A stretch of DNA of 64,000 bases, from assembly GCA_041661265.1 (NCBI GenBank), contig JBAZUT010000001.1, forward strand, positions 1,854 to 65,853, written 5' to 3'. Under the pieces are notes generated by a model. The model searched no databases and was not told the DNA's origin. It was given only the letters and a program-made list of their open reading frames with translations. Made by a program: the position numbers and the translations under genes. Below are positions 41,443-51,403 of the stretch, piece after piece. Within the stretch, counting starts at the first letter, position 1, and each line of letters opens with the position of its first letter. The DNA is from Minisyncoccota bacterium (GTDB lineage: Bacteria > Patescibacteriota > Minisyncoccia > JAHIHE01 > JAGLIN01).

Positions 41443-41952
41443 CTACAACACTTTCTCAAGCTTGCGCAGAGACTGCTTCCAACCCTCCTTCATTTTGAAT
41501 AGATCGTCGGAGCTGATTCCGCCGACATCGGGGCATTGCAGAGTAAGTTTCGTGTCTCCATCTTCCTCTTTGAATGTAACCGCTATCATCATTTCCAAAG
41601 GGAAATTTTCGTTCATTCCATAATATGAAGCAGGAACTTTATTCCCTTTTTCGTCAGTGAAAGAATCGATCATCACGATCTTTCCCTGCTGCATCGAATC
41701 CGGCGACGAAATGTCACGGAAGACTCCACCTCTCCAAAAATCCCGTTCCTTTCCGCCGGGACTGTTGACTCCGCGAATACAATAAAGATATTTTCCCCCG
41801 ACGCGGAGATCAATTTCGATATGTGTCGCAACAAAACCATCGGGTCCCCACCATTTTTTGATCTGATTCTTATGCGTCCACGCCTTCCACACTTTTGCAG
41901 GCGGAGCATTGAATTGATAGGTCACAATAAGATCGCTTTTTTCAATTGCCAT
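41443..41952 (-). CDS. SRPBCC/AHSA1 domain protein
   Basis: FNAPPAKVWKAWT....IKKWWGP.GF...DLRVGG...GW..SL.KL. Confidence 0.9.
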   Translation of the reverse strand: MAIEKSDLIVTYQFNAPPAKVWKAWTHKNQIKKWWGPDGFVATHIEIDLRVGGKYLYCIRGVNSPGGKERDFWRGGVFRDISSPDSMQQGKIVMIDSFTDEKGNKVPASYYGMNENFPLEMMIAVTFKEEDGDTKLTLQCPDVGGISSDDLFKMKEGWKQSLRKLEKVL

Positions 41953-42196
41953 ATTATTTTATGATTATTTATCCGGAATGTTTTCTTGGATATTGTTCGA
42001 TCAATGCATGAAGACCGGAAAATCCTGCTTTGATCTAATCATATTATAATCAAAACTTCCGGGCAAAAAAACTATGCACACAGAGAAAAGCAAACGGATC
42101 GCCGCGCTTTTTCCAGTTTATCCCGAGCTTATCGAAGGGTCGAAGGACTCGAAGCGGCAGAGCGGGCAATCAATGTGGTTATTGCTTTTTTGATCC

Positions 42197-42343
42197 CTAT
42201 TCTTCGATATCTTTTGGCTGGAAGCTCTCTTGCGGACAATAGTTCGCGTCCTTTTCCGCCTCCACTTCATGGCCGAAACAATCCCCCTTGGCCGAATCGT
42301 CTTCGTAGGCTTTATAAAATTTGCAATCTTTGCATGCTGGCAT
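42197..42343 (-). CDS. 48-aa four-Cys protein (MPACKDCKFYKAYEDDSAKGDCFGHEVEAEKDANYCPQESFQPKDIEE)
   Basis: Paralog of 41192..41335; the ORF-track call 42118..42354 is a different frame. Confidence 0.75.
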   Translation of the reverse strand: MPACKDCKFYKAYEDDSAKGDCFGHEVEAEKDANYCPQESFQPKDIEE

Positions 42344-42400
42344 AGTTTTTTCATTATAAATTAATTTGGAAATACTGTTTACTTTATAGCTTTGATTAAA

Positions 42401-42889
42401 TTATTTTTGCAGCTCGATCCTCTTTTCCGTCGTCAGGATCTTGACTATCCTGACAGAGACCGCCTGCGAGGAGTCGTATTCTTTCGGAAAATTATTGAGA
42501 TTGAAATAGATCGCATAAAATCCCGTGGGAATATTCTCGAAAAGCGCGGCCCCCGCGTCGTCCGTTTCCATCATGTAGTATTTGTTGGCTCCCGGAACAG
42601 TCCCCAAATCAACTTCCACCTTTGCCATCGGCTTCCCTCCGGCCGTGACCATCACTTTCAAATTTCCCGAATCTTCGGGTTTTTTGAACGCGGAGCAGGA
42701 ATTTGTCTGGATTTCGCAAAGGACGGTTCCTTGGGGCTTCTCTTTTCCATCGACCGGCGCCTTGGCCCCGTTATTCTGGAGAAGATACAGCTGTTTTGTT
42801 ATATTCGTGTCAGCGCCATTATTGAGGGCGAAGTATCCTCCCACGAAGATCAAAGTTGCAGAAAGGAATCCCAGAAGAAATTGTTTCAT
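42401..42889 (-). CDS. Secreted protein with prealbumin/carboxypeptidase-regulatory-like Ig fold
   Basis: Signal/TM; GKPMAKVEVDL...TDDAG...FENIPTG.Y. Confidence 0.6.
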   Translation of the reverse strand: MKQFLLGFLSATLIFVGGYFALNNGADTNITKQLYLLQNNGAKAPVDGKEKPQGTVLCEIQTNSCSAFKKPEDSGNLKVMVTAGGKPMAKVEVDLGTVPGANKYYMMETDDAGAALFENIPTGFYAIYFNLNNFPKEYDSSQAVSVRIVKILTTEKRIELQK

Positions 42890-42896
42890 ATGTTTA

Positions 42897-43457
42897 TTAT
42901 AGATTTAAAGGGTTCTTGGGGGTGGAATTGGTTTTGAATATATCCACGCTGCCGCCGGAATTCAAGAGTTCTTCCCGCGCGATTTTCTGAAGTTTCATTT
43001 CCAGGGGGCGGATGTCATGCGCCCGGATGCGCAACTGGACATTCAAAGGAAAGATCTTTTTGACGTCTTCCGCATATCGGGATCCGTCGCTTGGCGCTTC
43101 AAAAGAGAACATGCTCGGATCATAGTTCTCCGTCAAGCCGGAATAGTTTATCTTCACAGGCCCGGAAGAACCGCTTATGATCTTCAGGGCGCCGCTTTCC
43201 ATCGACAGTTCTTCGCACAGCGCCCAGACATACACGGGGAAAGATTCGCGTCCGGGATCCAAATTCTCGATCTCACAATAGTTGCGGCTGTTCGCCTGAT
43301 TTTTCCAGCTGAAATAACTCCGGGTCAGAAGATAATTATTTATGGCTTTTTCCAGGTTGCTGTTCCCGAAACCGGAATACATCCGGACATATAGCAAAGC
43401 CATCGCGCATATTGCGATCGGGATGGCAGCTAATAATATGACCTTTTGCCTGGACAT
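42897..43457 (-). CDS. Hypothetical exported protein
   Basis: N-terminal TM; YVWALCEE...GSSGPV...P.DGS.Y..DVKKIFP. Confidence 0.65.
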   Translation of the reverse strand: MSRQKVILLAAIPIAICAMALLYVRMYSGFGNSNLEKAINNYLLTRSYFSWKNQANSRNYCEIENLDPGRESFPVYVWALCEELSMESGALKIISGSSGPVKINYSGLTENYDPSMFSFEAPSDGSRYAEDVKKIFPLNVQLRIRAHDIRPLEMKLQKIAREELLNSGGSVDIFKTNSTPKNPLNL

Positions 43458-43487
43458 GGTTGTTGATATTTTATCTTATGGAACAAA

Positions 43488-44174
43488 TTAAGCTAATTCC
43501 TGCGACGGCATTCTTTCCACGACCGGATCATCAAAATCGCTGTTGTTGATGGCTATATCCGCTTTTTCTTTCGGGTTCGCGTTTTTGAAATATAATTTCT
43601 GCCCGGGGATATAACGTTTTTCGTATTTATCTGTGATATTGCTATCCGTCCCCAGATATTTTTTATCCTTTGTCCTCTTGCGAACTCTTTCCAGTGTGAT
43701 CTCAAAAGGAACATCGAGAAATATTTTCAGGTCCCAAAAAGAAAAAAGTTCCGGCCTGAAAAGGAATATCCCGTCGAAGATCAATATTGAATCTTTTTGG
43801 GCTTTTTCCGGCGACGAATCCGATTCCTTGTCGCTCATATAGTCGAATATGCCTTTTCTGTATTCCATCGGCCCGTTCGACCCGAGGGGTTCAAGCAAAT
43901 TATCAATCAACGCCCGGTTATCGAATGAACCAAAATAGTAGCCTTCGGGAGAATATTCCCCTTTCTGATATCTCACTTGTTTCGCGTTATGAAATTTATC
44001 GATCGATGCTCTGATGATCTGCCTTTTCGTCCTTTTGAGATGATCCGCAAGATCATCGGCAAACACGGTCTTTCCCGATCCATCAACGCCGTCTATCGCG
44101 ACCCTGGCGGGATGGCTCAAATTGATATCCCTGATCTTTTTCTCCAGAAGTTTGAAAATATTCTTTCTTTCCAT
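43488..44174 (-). CDS. Uridine kinase-like P-loop protein
   Basis: AIDGVDGSGKT, SIDKFH, DGIFLFRPEL, RYIPGQ. Confidence 0.85.
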   Translation of the reverse strand: MERKNIFKLLEKKIRDINLSHPARVAIDGVDGSGKTVFADDLADHLKRTKRQIIRASIDKFHNAKQVRYQKGEYSPEGYYFGSFDNRALIDNLLEPLGSNGPMEYRKGIFDYMSDKESDSSPEKAQKDSILIFDGIFLFRPELFSFWDLKIFLDVPFEITLERVRKRTKDKKYLGTDSNITDKYEKRYIPGQKLYFKNANPKEKADIAINNSDFDDPVVERMPSQELA

Positions 44175-44392
44175 AAATTTATCATGCTTTTTAAAATAGT
44201 TCCGGAGCTTCTTCCTGCGATCAGTTACCGGAAATATCCGGTGCGAATACATTCCTCCTGCTTAAATTATATTCCAACATCACCCATACTACAAGGAGAT
44301 CAAGCTAAAAGGATTGCCTATTCAATAAGGCATGTTTTATTCTCATCGGATTTCTTTTGAAGCCCCCGAGTAGAGAAAAAAAGAAAGGTGAG

Positions 44393-44881
44393 TTAATCAC
44401 CTTCGTATACATAGTTTTCCACTGTTTTTACAAGAACTATTTTTATTTCCGGTTTATAATCGTGCGCTTTCTGGTGCGAGGACCTGTAGGCCCGCGCAAA
44501 ATCATTTGCATCCTCTCTTGTTTTACATACAAATGTTCTATTATCCAAACCGGACGAGCTTATTCCGAATACCGACAAGCAACTGATATGCGCATAGCCG
44601 TTTTCAGCGCCCGATACCCTCAATACACTACCATCGAATTGTACGGCGATTATTTTAGCATTAAGCAGCAAGTCGCAGACCTGGCAAAAAAGATCTTTCT
44701 CTTTCATATTCGTTTCTTTTTCGATTTCTTTGCGTGGGACATAAAGCGGCGAATTGGTTCGCCTTATTTCATACCCTATGATCAGGTCGGTTAACACCTC
44801 CCAATCGCCTTTTTCAATTATTCCTTTTACAATTTCTTCGGCTGTTTTTTCTCCGGTTATTCCCATTTTCTTTCTTCTCAT
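44393..44881 (-). CDS. Hypothetical protein
   Basis: GGAGG RBS, TTGACA promoter upstream. Confidence 0.6.
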   Translation of the reverse strand: MRRKKMGITGEKTAEEIVKGIIEKGDWEVLTDLIIGYEIRRTNSPLYVPRKEIEKETNMKEKDLFCQVCDLLLNAKIIAVQFDGSVLRVSGAENGYAHISCLSVFGISSSGLDNRTFVCKTREDANDFARAYRSSHQKAHDYKPEIKIVLVKTVENYVYEGD

Positions 44882-45119
44882 TTCATTCCTCCAAAAAAAT
44901 TCGTATTCAAACTCTAGCAAATGTTCACGCTGGTGTCAATTTAATATATATATATATATATCAACTCATTGTTAATTTGAATATGCAAAAAAAGAAGACG
45001 GCTAGGGATTCTTAGGCGTCCGCAATGCTTCCGAATGCCCTGACGGGGAAAATTGTTTTGAACTTGACCCAAAGACAGCGTTCTTATAAGATGAATATAC
45101 AATTGCCAAGGAGGCTTCA

Positions 45120-45377
45120 ATGTTAGAAAAAGATCCGGAAGGGTTGTTCGCTGTCCTGTTTTGCTCCAACATAGAGCATTGCGGCGAAATAATTATTGAA
45201 AAAAGACGGAAGGGGGAAGTTCCTATTATCAAAGTCAGATCTGATCATTGTTTGACCAACTTCGAAAAATCCGGCAATGGACCGTTTATTCAAATGGTCC
45301 CCGATAGTGTCAAGATCTTCCCGAAAAAGTTCGGATACACTATGAAAAGATCCGGTGAGTATGTTATTTTCCGATAA
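45120..45377 (+). CDS. Hypothetical protein
   Basis: TTGACC-17-TAAGAT, AGGAGG RBS, terminator. Confidence 0.6.
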   Translation: MLEKDPEGLFAVLFCSNIEHCGEIIIEKRRKGEVPIIKVRSDHCLTNFEKSGNGPFIQMVPDSVKIFPKKFGYTMKRSGEYVIFR

Positions 45378-45511
45378 ATTTCCAAACCCCAAAAATCAGG
45401 GGTTTTTTTATGGCGAGAAGTCCAGTCTTTCAAGGCGATCTTCATTCTCCTTATTGACATCATCAATATTCCGTCTTATTCTTCAAATACCCCAAAAAGG
45501 GAGGAGAACAA

Positions 45512-45859
45512 ATGAAATACACAAGACTGGACGAACTGTGGGAAGAAGATGAAGAAGTGCAGAAAATAATTGCGATAAATGAAGGGATCCTGAAACTTCT
45601 GGATGTCCTGACCGCAAGACAAACTCCGGTGAGGCTCCGAAGCTATAGAGCGGGAGTCGAGCTGATGGCCGCAATGGAAAAAGACAAAAAGCCGGTCGGA
45701 CTATCCGATTCCGGCTCATTCAGACAGACCGAATATAACGCAGGGATCATCCCGATCCTGACGGAGGCTCTAGAAAAAAGATCGTGCAATCTCATGCAGA
45801 AAAAAAAGATCGCGATCTTGGACATGTTCTTCACAAACCTCGAGATCGGAGAAGACTAA
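45512..45859 (+). CDS. Hypothetical protein
   Basis: TTGACA-17-TATTCT, GGAGG RBS, terminator AAGCAAGA/TCTTGCTT+T-run. Confidence 0.65.
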   Translation: MKYTRLDELWEEDEEVQKIIAINEGILKLLDVLTARQTPVRLRSYRAGVELMAAMEKDKKPVGLSDSGSFRQTEYNAGIIPILTEALEKRSCNLMQKKKIAILDMFFTNLEIGED

Positions 45860-45915
45860 GCAAGAAACATCTTGCTTTTTTTATTTCATTACTATCCGTC
45901 CAATTCTGAATTATA

Positions 45916-46197
45916 TTATTCAATCAGGTCGTGCACTTCTTTCTTTCCCTTTTCCGGCTCAACGACCTGCTCCAGATCGTCCCTGAGAAGCAAAGTCTGA
46001 AACTCCCCCATGTGGGTTTTTTCTTCCCTGGCGATATCAAGAAGTATCTCTTTGATGATCTTGCTATCCGTAACCGCTGCCAGCTGCTCATATAGATTGA
46101 TCGCATCCAGCTCCGCGATCATTCCAACGCGCAAGATCTCCTTGTTTATATCTTCTTTGGCCACTTTCTTGCTGCCATCGGGTATTTGCGACATCAT
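45916..46197 (-). CDS. Short ferritin-like protein (encapsulated-ferritin/rubrerythrin-like)
   Basis: AELDAINLYEQLA...DIAREEKTHMGE di-iron motifs. Confidence 0.85.
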   Translation of the reverse strand: MMSQIPDGSKKVAKEDINKEILRVGMIAELDAINLYEQLAAVTDSKIIKEILLDIAREEKTHMGEFQTLLLRDDLEQVVEPEKGKKEVHDLIE

Positions 46198-46241
46198 ATT
46201 TTAATTTTTAGCGATTAAATCAGGCAAGAAACTCAAAAAGA

Positions 46242-46781
46242 TCAGTACGAGCTCGGCGACGCAGCAGTGCCGGCCGGGACCAGATTATCAGATGCGACCT
46301 TGTAGACCGACCAAACTCCCCCCACGCCCTGCCCGTTGGTGTCGCCCGCTTTTTTATCCTGGATATAATAGTATAGCGGCATGCCTTCAAAAGTTACCTG
46401 TTTTCCCCCATCGGTCCGGGTTGTGACGCCAAACTTGCTTGCGATCAGGTTGGATCCGATCTTGGGAGAGGCGCTCACTAATAGAGGCGGCCAATTCACG
46501 GCGCAACCGCCATAACAAGCGCTTACGTCCTTCGTGTCTTTGCTGTAGGTGTATAGAGTCATTCCGTTGCCATCAGTAAAAATATCCCCAAGAGCAACGT
46601 TGTTCTTGACCATTACATCGATTTGCCCCTGTGCGGGAGAAGCCGGGTTATTATTCGCCTGCTGATCCTGAACTGTATTGGCAGGAGAATAGGGCGAACT
46701 GTATCTGGTCTGCATGATATAGGCAGCCCCGGCGATAACGATCAAAATTCCCGCTATGGCGATGATAATTTTTTGATTCAT
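46242..46781 (-). CDS. Secreted repeat protein (COG4315/Lipoprotein_15)
   Basis: GMTLYTY.KD...S.C...CA.NWPP...QVT..G.PLYY...D...GD.NGQG. Confidence 0.9.
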   Translation of the reverse strand: MNQKIIIAIAGILIVIAGAAYIMQTRYSSPYSPANTVQDQQANNNPASPAQGQIDVMVKNNVALGDIFTDGNGMTLYTYSKDTKDVSACYGGCAVNWPPLLVSASPKIGSNLIASKFGVTTRTDGGKQVTFEGMPLYYYIQDKKAGDTNGQGVGGVWSVYKVASDNLVPAGTAASPSSY

Positions 46782-47235
46782 ATTTTTATATTAATTATTA
46801 AAGCTGAAATATGCGGGGTACGTCTTCTCTATAATGAGTTTATTTCATGGTTTTGTTTTAATAATTAAAGCTGGACTTTGATCTCAGAAAATGACGCGGA
46901 AGATATTCCGGATATTATCTGGCAGGCTTCGATAAGTTCTATGCCGAGATCGATCGGCCCGCGACATATGAAAACGGCTTTTAAAAAATGCGCCTGTTTT
47001 AAAAAACAAGCGCTCGAAAAAACTCTGCATTTTCCGTGAATATATTTCTTCTGGCATTATCCATCTTCATATATCTGTTATGAATGTTTATGCAACGAAT
47101 TCCATGATCCGAATTTTCAATGATACAGCCACCCTCCTTCTTATATTCTATAACATTAAAGAGCTGATGCAAGATAATTATTAACAGGTAAAAGAACCAA
47201 GATGAAAAAATTGCCTTCTTTGAAAGCAGCTATCA

Positions 47236-48045
47236 TTACGAAAGATCTTTCCCTATCTCATAGACCTTCCGCGCATCTTTCAAAATATCCATATCAACTT
47301 CCCGGACAAACATCGCCTCCCTGCTGTGCGGCAATTTTTTCAAACACCCCTTGAACGGAACCGCTATCTGTGAATGTCCCGCCAAAGTGTCCATTGAATT
47401 CCCGACCTTCGTTTTTCCGGCGGCATTGCAGAAAACAAAAATGATCCCGTTCTCAAACGCCCTTGCTGTGCAGATGGAATCAATGAGCTTTATCTCGGAA
47501 TTTTTGTCATATTTCATCCCGATGCCCGCATCTTCAAGACGCCAATAGCTCGAACAAAACACCAGCTCGGCCCCCTTTGCCGACATTCCGGCGAATATAT
47601 CCGGAAAGAAAAGATCCCAGCAGATGACAAGCCCGATTTTCCCGAACCTCGTATCAAAAACGGAGGACTCGCTCCCGGCGGAAAGACTCGGCTTTTCTGT
47701 GCCCCAAAGATTGATCTTCCTGTATTTTCCCAGCACCTCCCCGCCGCGATCGATATAGTATGAAGTATTGTATAGTTTTTTCTTGTCCCTTTCCACCATC
47801 GATCCGGCCACAATATCGATCCTGTGGACCTTTGCCAAATTCCGGAAATATTCCACATATTCATTTCCATGGCTAAAACGATCGAGATCCCGCTTTCTCG
47901 TTCCGTCAATGAAATATTCGGGAAAAATGACCACTCCGGCTTTCGAATCGGCGGCTTTCTTTATGAATTTTTCAGCGCGCAACAGATTATTATCGCAAGA
48001 TAGCTGATCGATCATGAATTGCGCGACGGCGATCTTTAGTTTCAT
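47236..48045 (-). CDS. Carbon-nitrogen hydrolase (nitrilase family)
   Basis: FPE, YRKINL, ICWD catalytic triad. Confidence 0.9.
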   Translation of the reverse strand: MKLKIAVAQFMIDQLSCDNNLLRAEKFIKKAADSKAGVVIFPEYFIDGTRKRDLDRFSHGNEYVEYFRNLAKVHRIDIVAGSMVERDKKKLYNTSYYIDRGGEVLGKYRKINLWGTEKPSLSAGSESSVFDTRFGKIGLVICWDLFFPDIFAGMSAKGAELVFCSSYWRLEDAGIGMKYDKNSEIKLIDSICTARAFENGIIFVFCNAAGKTKVGNSMDTLAGHSQIAVPFKGCLKKLPHSREAMFVREVDMDILKDARKVYEIGKDLS

Positions 48046-48169
48046 ATTGTTTTGCATCAAATTTTTTAGCGTTTTGGTGGAAATCATCAGTCCGTCATCT
48101 CCATCACCCCCATGAAAATCATTTAAAGCCAAGATCAGCATTTATCATTGCGCCGGATAACATGTTCAG

Positions 48170-49036
48170 CTATTTCGGATCATTTAGCTCTGAAGTGCGC
48201 CCGATTCCCTTGCATGCCGGACATGCTGCCTGATAGGATTCCTCGATCTCGATCTTCTTATTGCCCTTGCAGACGCTGCAAGGTAATGGTGTTTCCATGA
48301 ATCCCGTTCCGCCGCAATAATCGCATTTCATATAGCTTTCGAGATTCTCTTCGGTCTCCGGTACTGTGAGCCCCACGCCATATCTGCCCGTTCCATTGCA
48401 GTATTTGCACAATTCCCTGCCCGTTTTCTTGCAGCTTCCGCAATCAACGGTCTTTTTCCTTTTTTGCTCCACTTTTCCGCTTCCGCTGCAAGTCTTGCAA
48501 ACAGTTCCGTCATCTTCAGCCGGCAGTTCACGTTTCTTGTCCTTTTTCAACAGCCTGCGCCACCACTCAAATCCGAAAAAAGCCGAAATAATAGCGGCAA
48601 TAACTGCAAGATAAAATAAGTTTTTAAATCCCTGTGGGGAAACTGGATCGATAATTTGTTGACTGTATTTATCTGACGGTATATTTTTATCCTCTGCCTG
48701 TGTCTGCGCCTCCGGCAATGCTTCATCCGATGCAATTATATTATTTTCTGCAGCCGGAGTTTCCAATGCCGAAGATGGCGCCTGGCCGGTTTGGGGCTGG
48801 ATCACAGATTCCGGATTGATTGCCGGCGACACCCCGCCCCCGGAAGCATCGGGAACATTGCTCGCACTATTGACCTGCCTCTGATATTGCTGAATCATTT
48901 CCGGAGAGATATTGTTCACTTGAGCCAAAGCAAGATCAAAAACGGACAATATGCCCAGAAGAACAAATGAAGCTTTATTTAATCTTTGTTTCATATCCAC
49001 TGAATGGTAAATTGATTTAAAATTGTTTTTATTCAT
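48170..49036 (-). CDS. Membrane protein with DnaJ-type CxxCxGxG zinc-finger repeats
   Basis: Signal, Q/P/A-rich region, TM, then six CxxC motifs. Confidence 0.75.
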   Translation of the reverse strand: MNKNNFKSIYHSVDMKQRLNKASFVLLGILSVFDLALAQVNNISPEMIQQYQRQVNSASNVPDASGGGVSPAINPESVIQPQTGQAPSSALETPAAENNIIASDEALPEAQTQAEDKNIPSDKYSQQIIDPVSPQGFKNLFYLAVIAAIISAFFGFEWWRRLLKKDKKRELPAEDDGTVCKTCSGSGKVEQKRKKTVDCGSCKKTGRELCKYCNGTGRYGVGLTVPETEENLESYMKCDYCGGTGFMETPLPCSVCKGNKKIEIEESYQAACPACKGIGRTSELNDPK

Positions 49037-49365
49037 ACTTTCTTGTCTTTTCTGTTCATCTTGATCTCCCTGAATCCCAAGATCACCAATATCAGAATAA
49101 CGGCTTTCAGGAAATAGTAGCCTTTCGGATCGAGAAATTCCTCCGTCATAGGCGTTTTATTTCCGGAAAAAGAGTGGGCCAGGATGCCGATCGGCAAAAC
49201 GAGATATAGCCAGCTCTTTCGCGAAATGTCCAGACCCGCAAGTCTGAACAGTCTGGAAAGAAGCGGGGCAAGAAGATAAACCGCCAAAAACGAGGCTGCC
49301 GTATCAAAAACGGTGAAACCTCCGATCCGGAACTGCCTTAAAAAAGTAAGAATATCGGTGTCCAT
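49033..49365 (-). CDS. Hypothetical membrane protein
   Basis: LRQFRIG...FD...PIGILAH...TPMT. Confidence 0.7.
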   Translation of the reverse strand: MDTDILTFLRQFRIGGFTVFDTAASFLAVYLLAPLLSRLFRLAGLDISRKSWLYLVLPIGILAHSFSGNKTPMTEEFLDPKGYYFLKAVILILVILGFREIKMNRKDKKV

Positions 49366-49391
49366 ATATATGAATTATCAAATTAGCATAG

Positions 49392-50216
49392 TCATTCGTT
49401 CTTCCCGGCTCTTTTCCAAAAAAAATAAGCGCCTGAGATATATGCAAAATAGCCCAAAACTTCGACAAGCGACGGATTCCCATTGTATCCAAACAGGCTT
49501 TTGAATATGCTTCCAACAGACCCGTTTTCATGAAGTGCGGGAAAAGAGCCGTCGGAATTGACCGGAGGATTTATGTCCCAGACATGCTCGATCAAGACAG
49601 GTATCGCTCCCGCCTCCTCGAACTCGTGCACGCCCTGAGCCACCAGTCCGGCCGCAAAAAAAATCAGGATCAGGCTCGTGAAGTTGAAAAACATTTTCAC
49701 ATTTATTTTCATCGAGCCCACAAAAACGGCATATCCCAAAAGAACCGCAACAGAAACTCCGAGCACCGCCCCGATCAAATTGCTGTTCCCCGATGCAAAA
49801 CTCGCCGCACCAAGAAAGATGACCGTTTCCACTCCCTCCCGCAAGATCGATATGAAAACCAGGAAAAACAGTCCGGCCTTGTGCTTTGCCGAAAGCTCCA
49901 AGGATATATTTTTCCGGAGATCCTGCGCGACATGCTTTTGCCCCATCATCCAGAAGATCATGGTCGAAAGAAGGAATGCGCCGAAGAACATCGTGACTCC
50001 CTCAAAGATCATCTCGCCCCTGCCGCTGAATCCGCCATATATATTTTCAAATATGAAAGCGGCAAACACGCTGGCTATGATCCCCGCCGCAATTCCGACA
50101 TAAACGACGTTGTTATATTTCGTCTGGCCTGTTTTCGAAAGATATCCGAGAACGATCCCGACCACGAGAGCGGCTTCGAAAGTTTCCCGGAACGTGATGA
50201 TAAAATCCGCGATCAT
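49392..50216 (-). CDS. FTR1/EfeU-family iron permease
   Basis: Two RExxE motifs (FRETFE, LREGVE), GVHEFEEAG. Confidence 0.95.
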   Translation of the reverse strand: MIADFIITFRETFEAALVVGIVLGYLSKTGQTKYNNVVYVGIAAGIIASVFAAFIFENIYGGFSGRGEMIFEGVTMFFGAFLLSTMIFWMMGQKHVAQDLRKNISLELSAKHKAGLFFLVFISILREGVETVIFLGAASFASGNSNLIGAVLGVSVAVLLGYAVFVGSMKINVKMFFNFTSLILIFFAAGLVAQGVHEFEEAGAIPVLIEHVWDINPPVNSDGSFPALHENGSVGSIFKSLFGYNGNPSLVEVLGYFAYISGAYFFWKRAGKNE

Positions 50217-50481
50217 AGTTTTTCATTAAATTATTTTTTTGATTTTCACAGAGAGGCTTGTCGGGAAATGCACCGGAGCGCTCTCTCTTCAGCCCCTACG
50301 GTCGATCCCCTGTATTTTTTGTCCATATATAAATTATAGACCAAATATGCGGAAAATGGAATGAACTTCCCGATATTTATCGTAAAATATCAAAAAAGGC
50401 GTTGCCAAAATCAAACGTCGTATTCTTGACATATTCCTTATTTTGTATTATCATTATGCGTTGACAACGGGAGGTGTTGAC

Positions 50482-50742
50482 ATGAACGGGAACATGAAAA
50501 TGGCCATATTGAATGTTCAGATCGAGACTAATATGACATCAATAAGGGCAGGACTGGCGTTCAATAAGAACGGGAAAATAGAGCTCCATTTTTGCGATCC
50601 TGCAGACCTGGGATTGGACACTGAAATTTTATCAGAAAGTTCTTTTCCCAATTCGGGATCAGCATCTGGGGGAAAATACAGTTTATGGATGTCTATGTTT
50701 GAAAGATATATAAAAAAAGGAAGCAATACCGACGATCTTTGA
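50482..50742 (+). CDS. Hypothetical protein
   Basis: TTGACA-17-TATCAT, GGAGGT RBS, terminator. Confidence 0.55.
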   Translation: MNGNMKMAILNVQIETNMTSIRAGLAFNKNGKIELHFCDPADLGLDTEILSESSFPNSGSASGGKYSLWMSMFERYIKKGSNTDDL

Positions 50743-50928
50743 TCGATTCGGTTTTTTTATTTTCCGGCCGTTATTCATTTCTTGATGCATAAAACAAAAT
50801 AATCCATGAGGTCCGAATAATTCGAAATGCTCCTTCAGACACGCCGGACATTTCCGCATGCAAAAACATTGGCTTATTCGCGCCCGTATATATACTTATT
50901 TTGCTGATATTCACAGGGGGGTGAAAAA

Positions 50929-51288
50929 ATGACAGCAACAACGCTAAGGCCTGATCTTGAGACCATGCTTGAACTATTGAGGAGAAGAGCGACAAAGGCT
51001 GATCTGGAATGGTTCAGAAGAACAAGCCCCCGACGCTATGAAAGATATGAGGAGCTGATCGGAAATAAAGATGATCTTGCGGATGTCATAAACGCCGAAA
51101 CAATAACGCTGGGCATACAATATCTTGTGGATGCGATCACTCGCAAGACCGGAAGCGTCTATCAATATTCGGACATTCCCAAAAATTATCTCCCGAGGTT
51201 AGCATCGATCCTTGGTGTGCCTGTCCCCAAAAAGTTCAGGAAAAAAGAATTGATCGCAAAAATATTGGAAAATATCGGGAAAAATTAA
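50929..51288 (+). CDS. Hypothetical protein
   Basis: GGGGGTG RBS, plausible composition. Confidence 0.6.
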   Translation: MTATTLRPDLETMLELLRRRATKADLEWFRRTSPRRYERYEELIGNKDDLADVINAETITLGIQYLVDAITRKTGSVYQYSDIPKNYLPRLASILGVPVPKKFRKKELIAKILENIGKN

Positions 51289-51403
51289 GCATACCAAAAA
51301 GCGACTCCCTGAAGATCGCTTTATTTTTTTTCTCCCACCCCCCGTACTATGGGCCGGCAATCGTAATATCCGAAAAAAAATAGGCTTTTGCCTATTATCA
51401 TTT

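Noticed and set aside
41170-42350. DGR repeat pair or CRISPR repeats; ORF 42118..42354
   Set aside because: Only two copies, each an intact small ORF with mixed substitution types. The tracked 78-aa ORF is an alternate frame.
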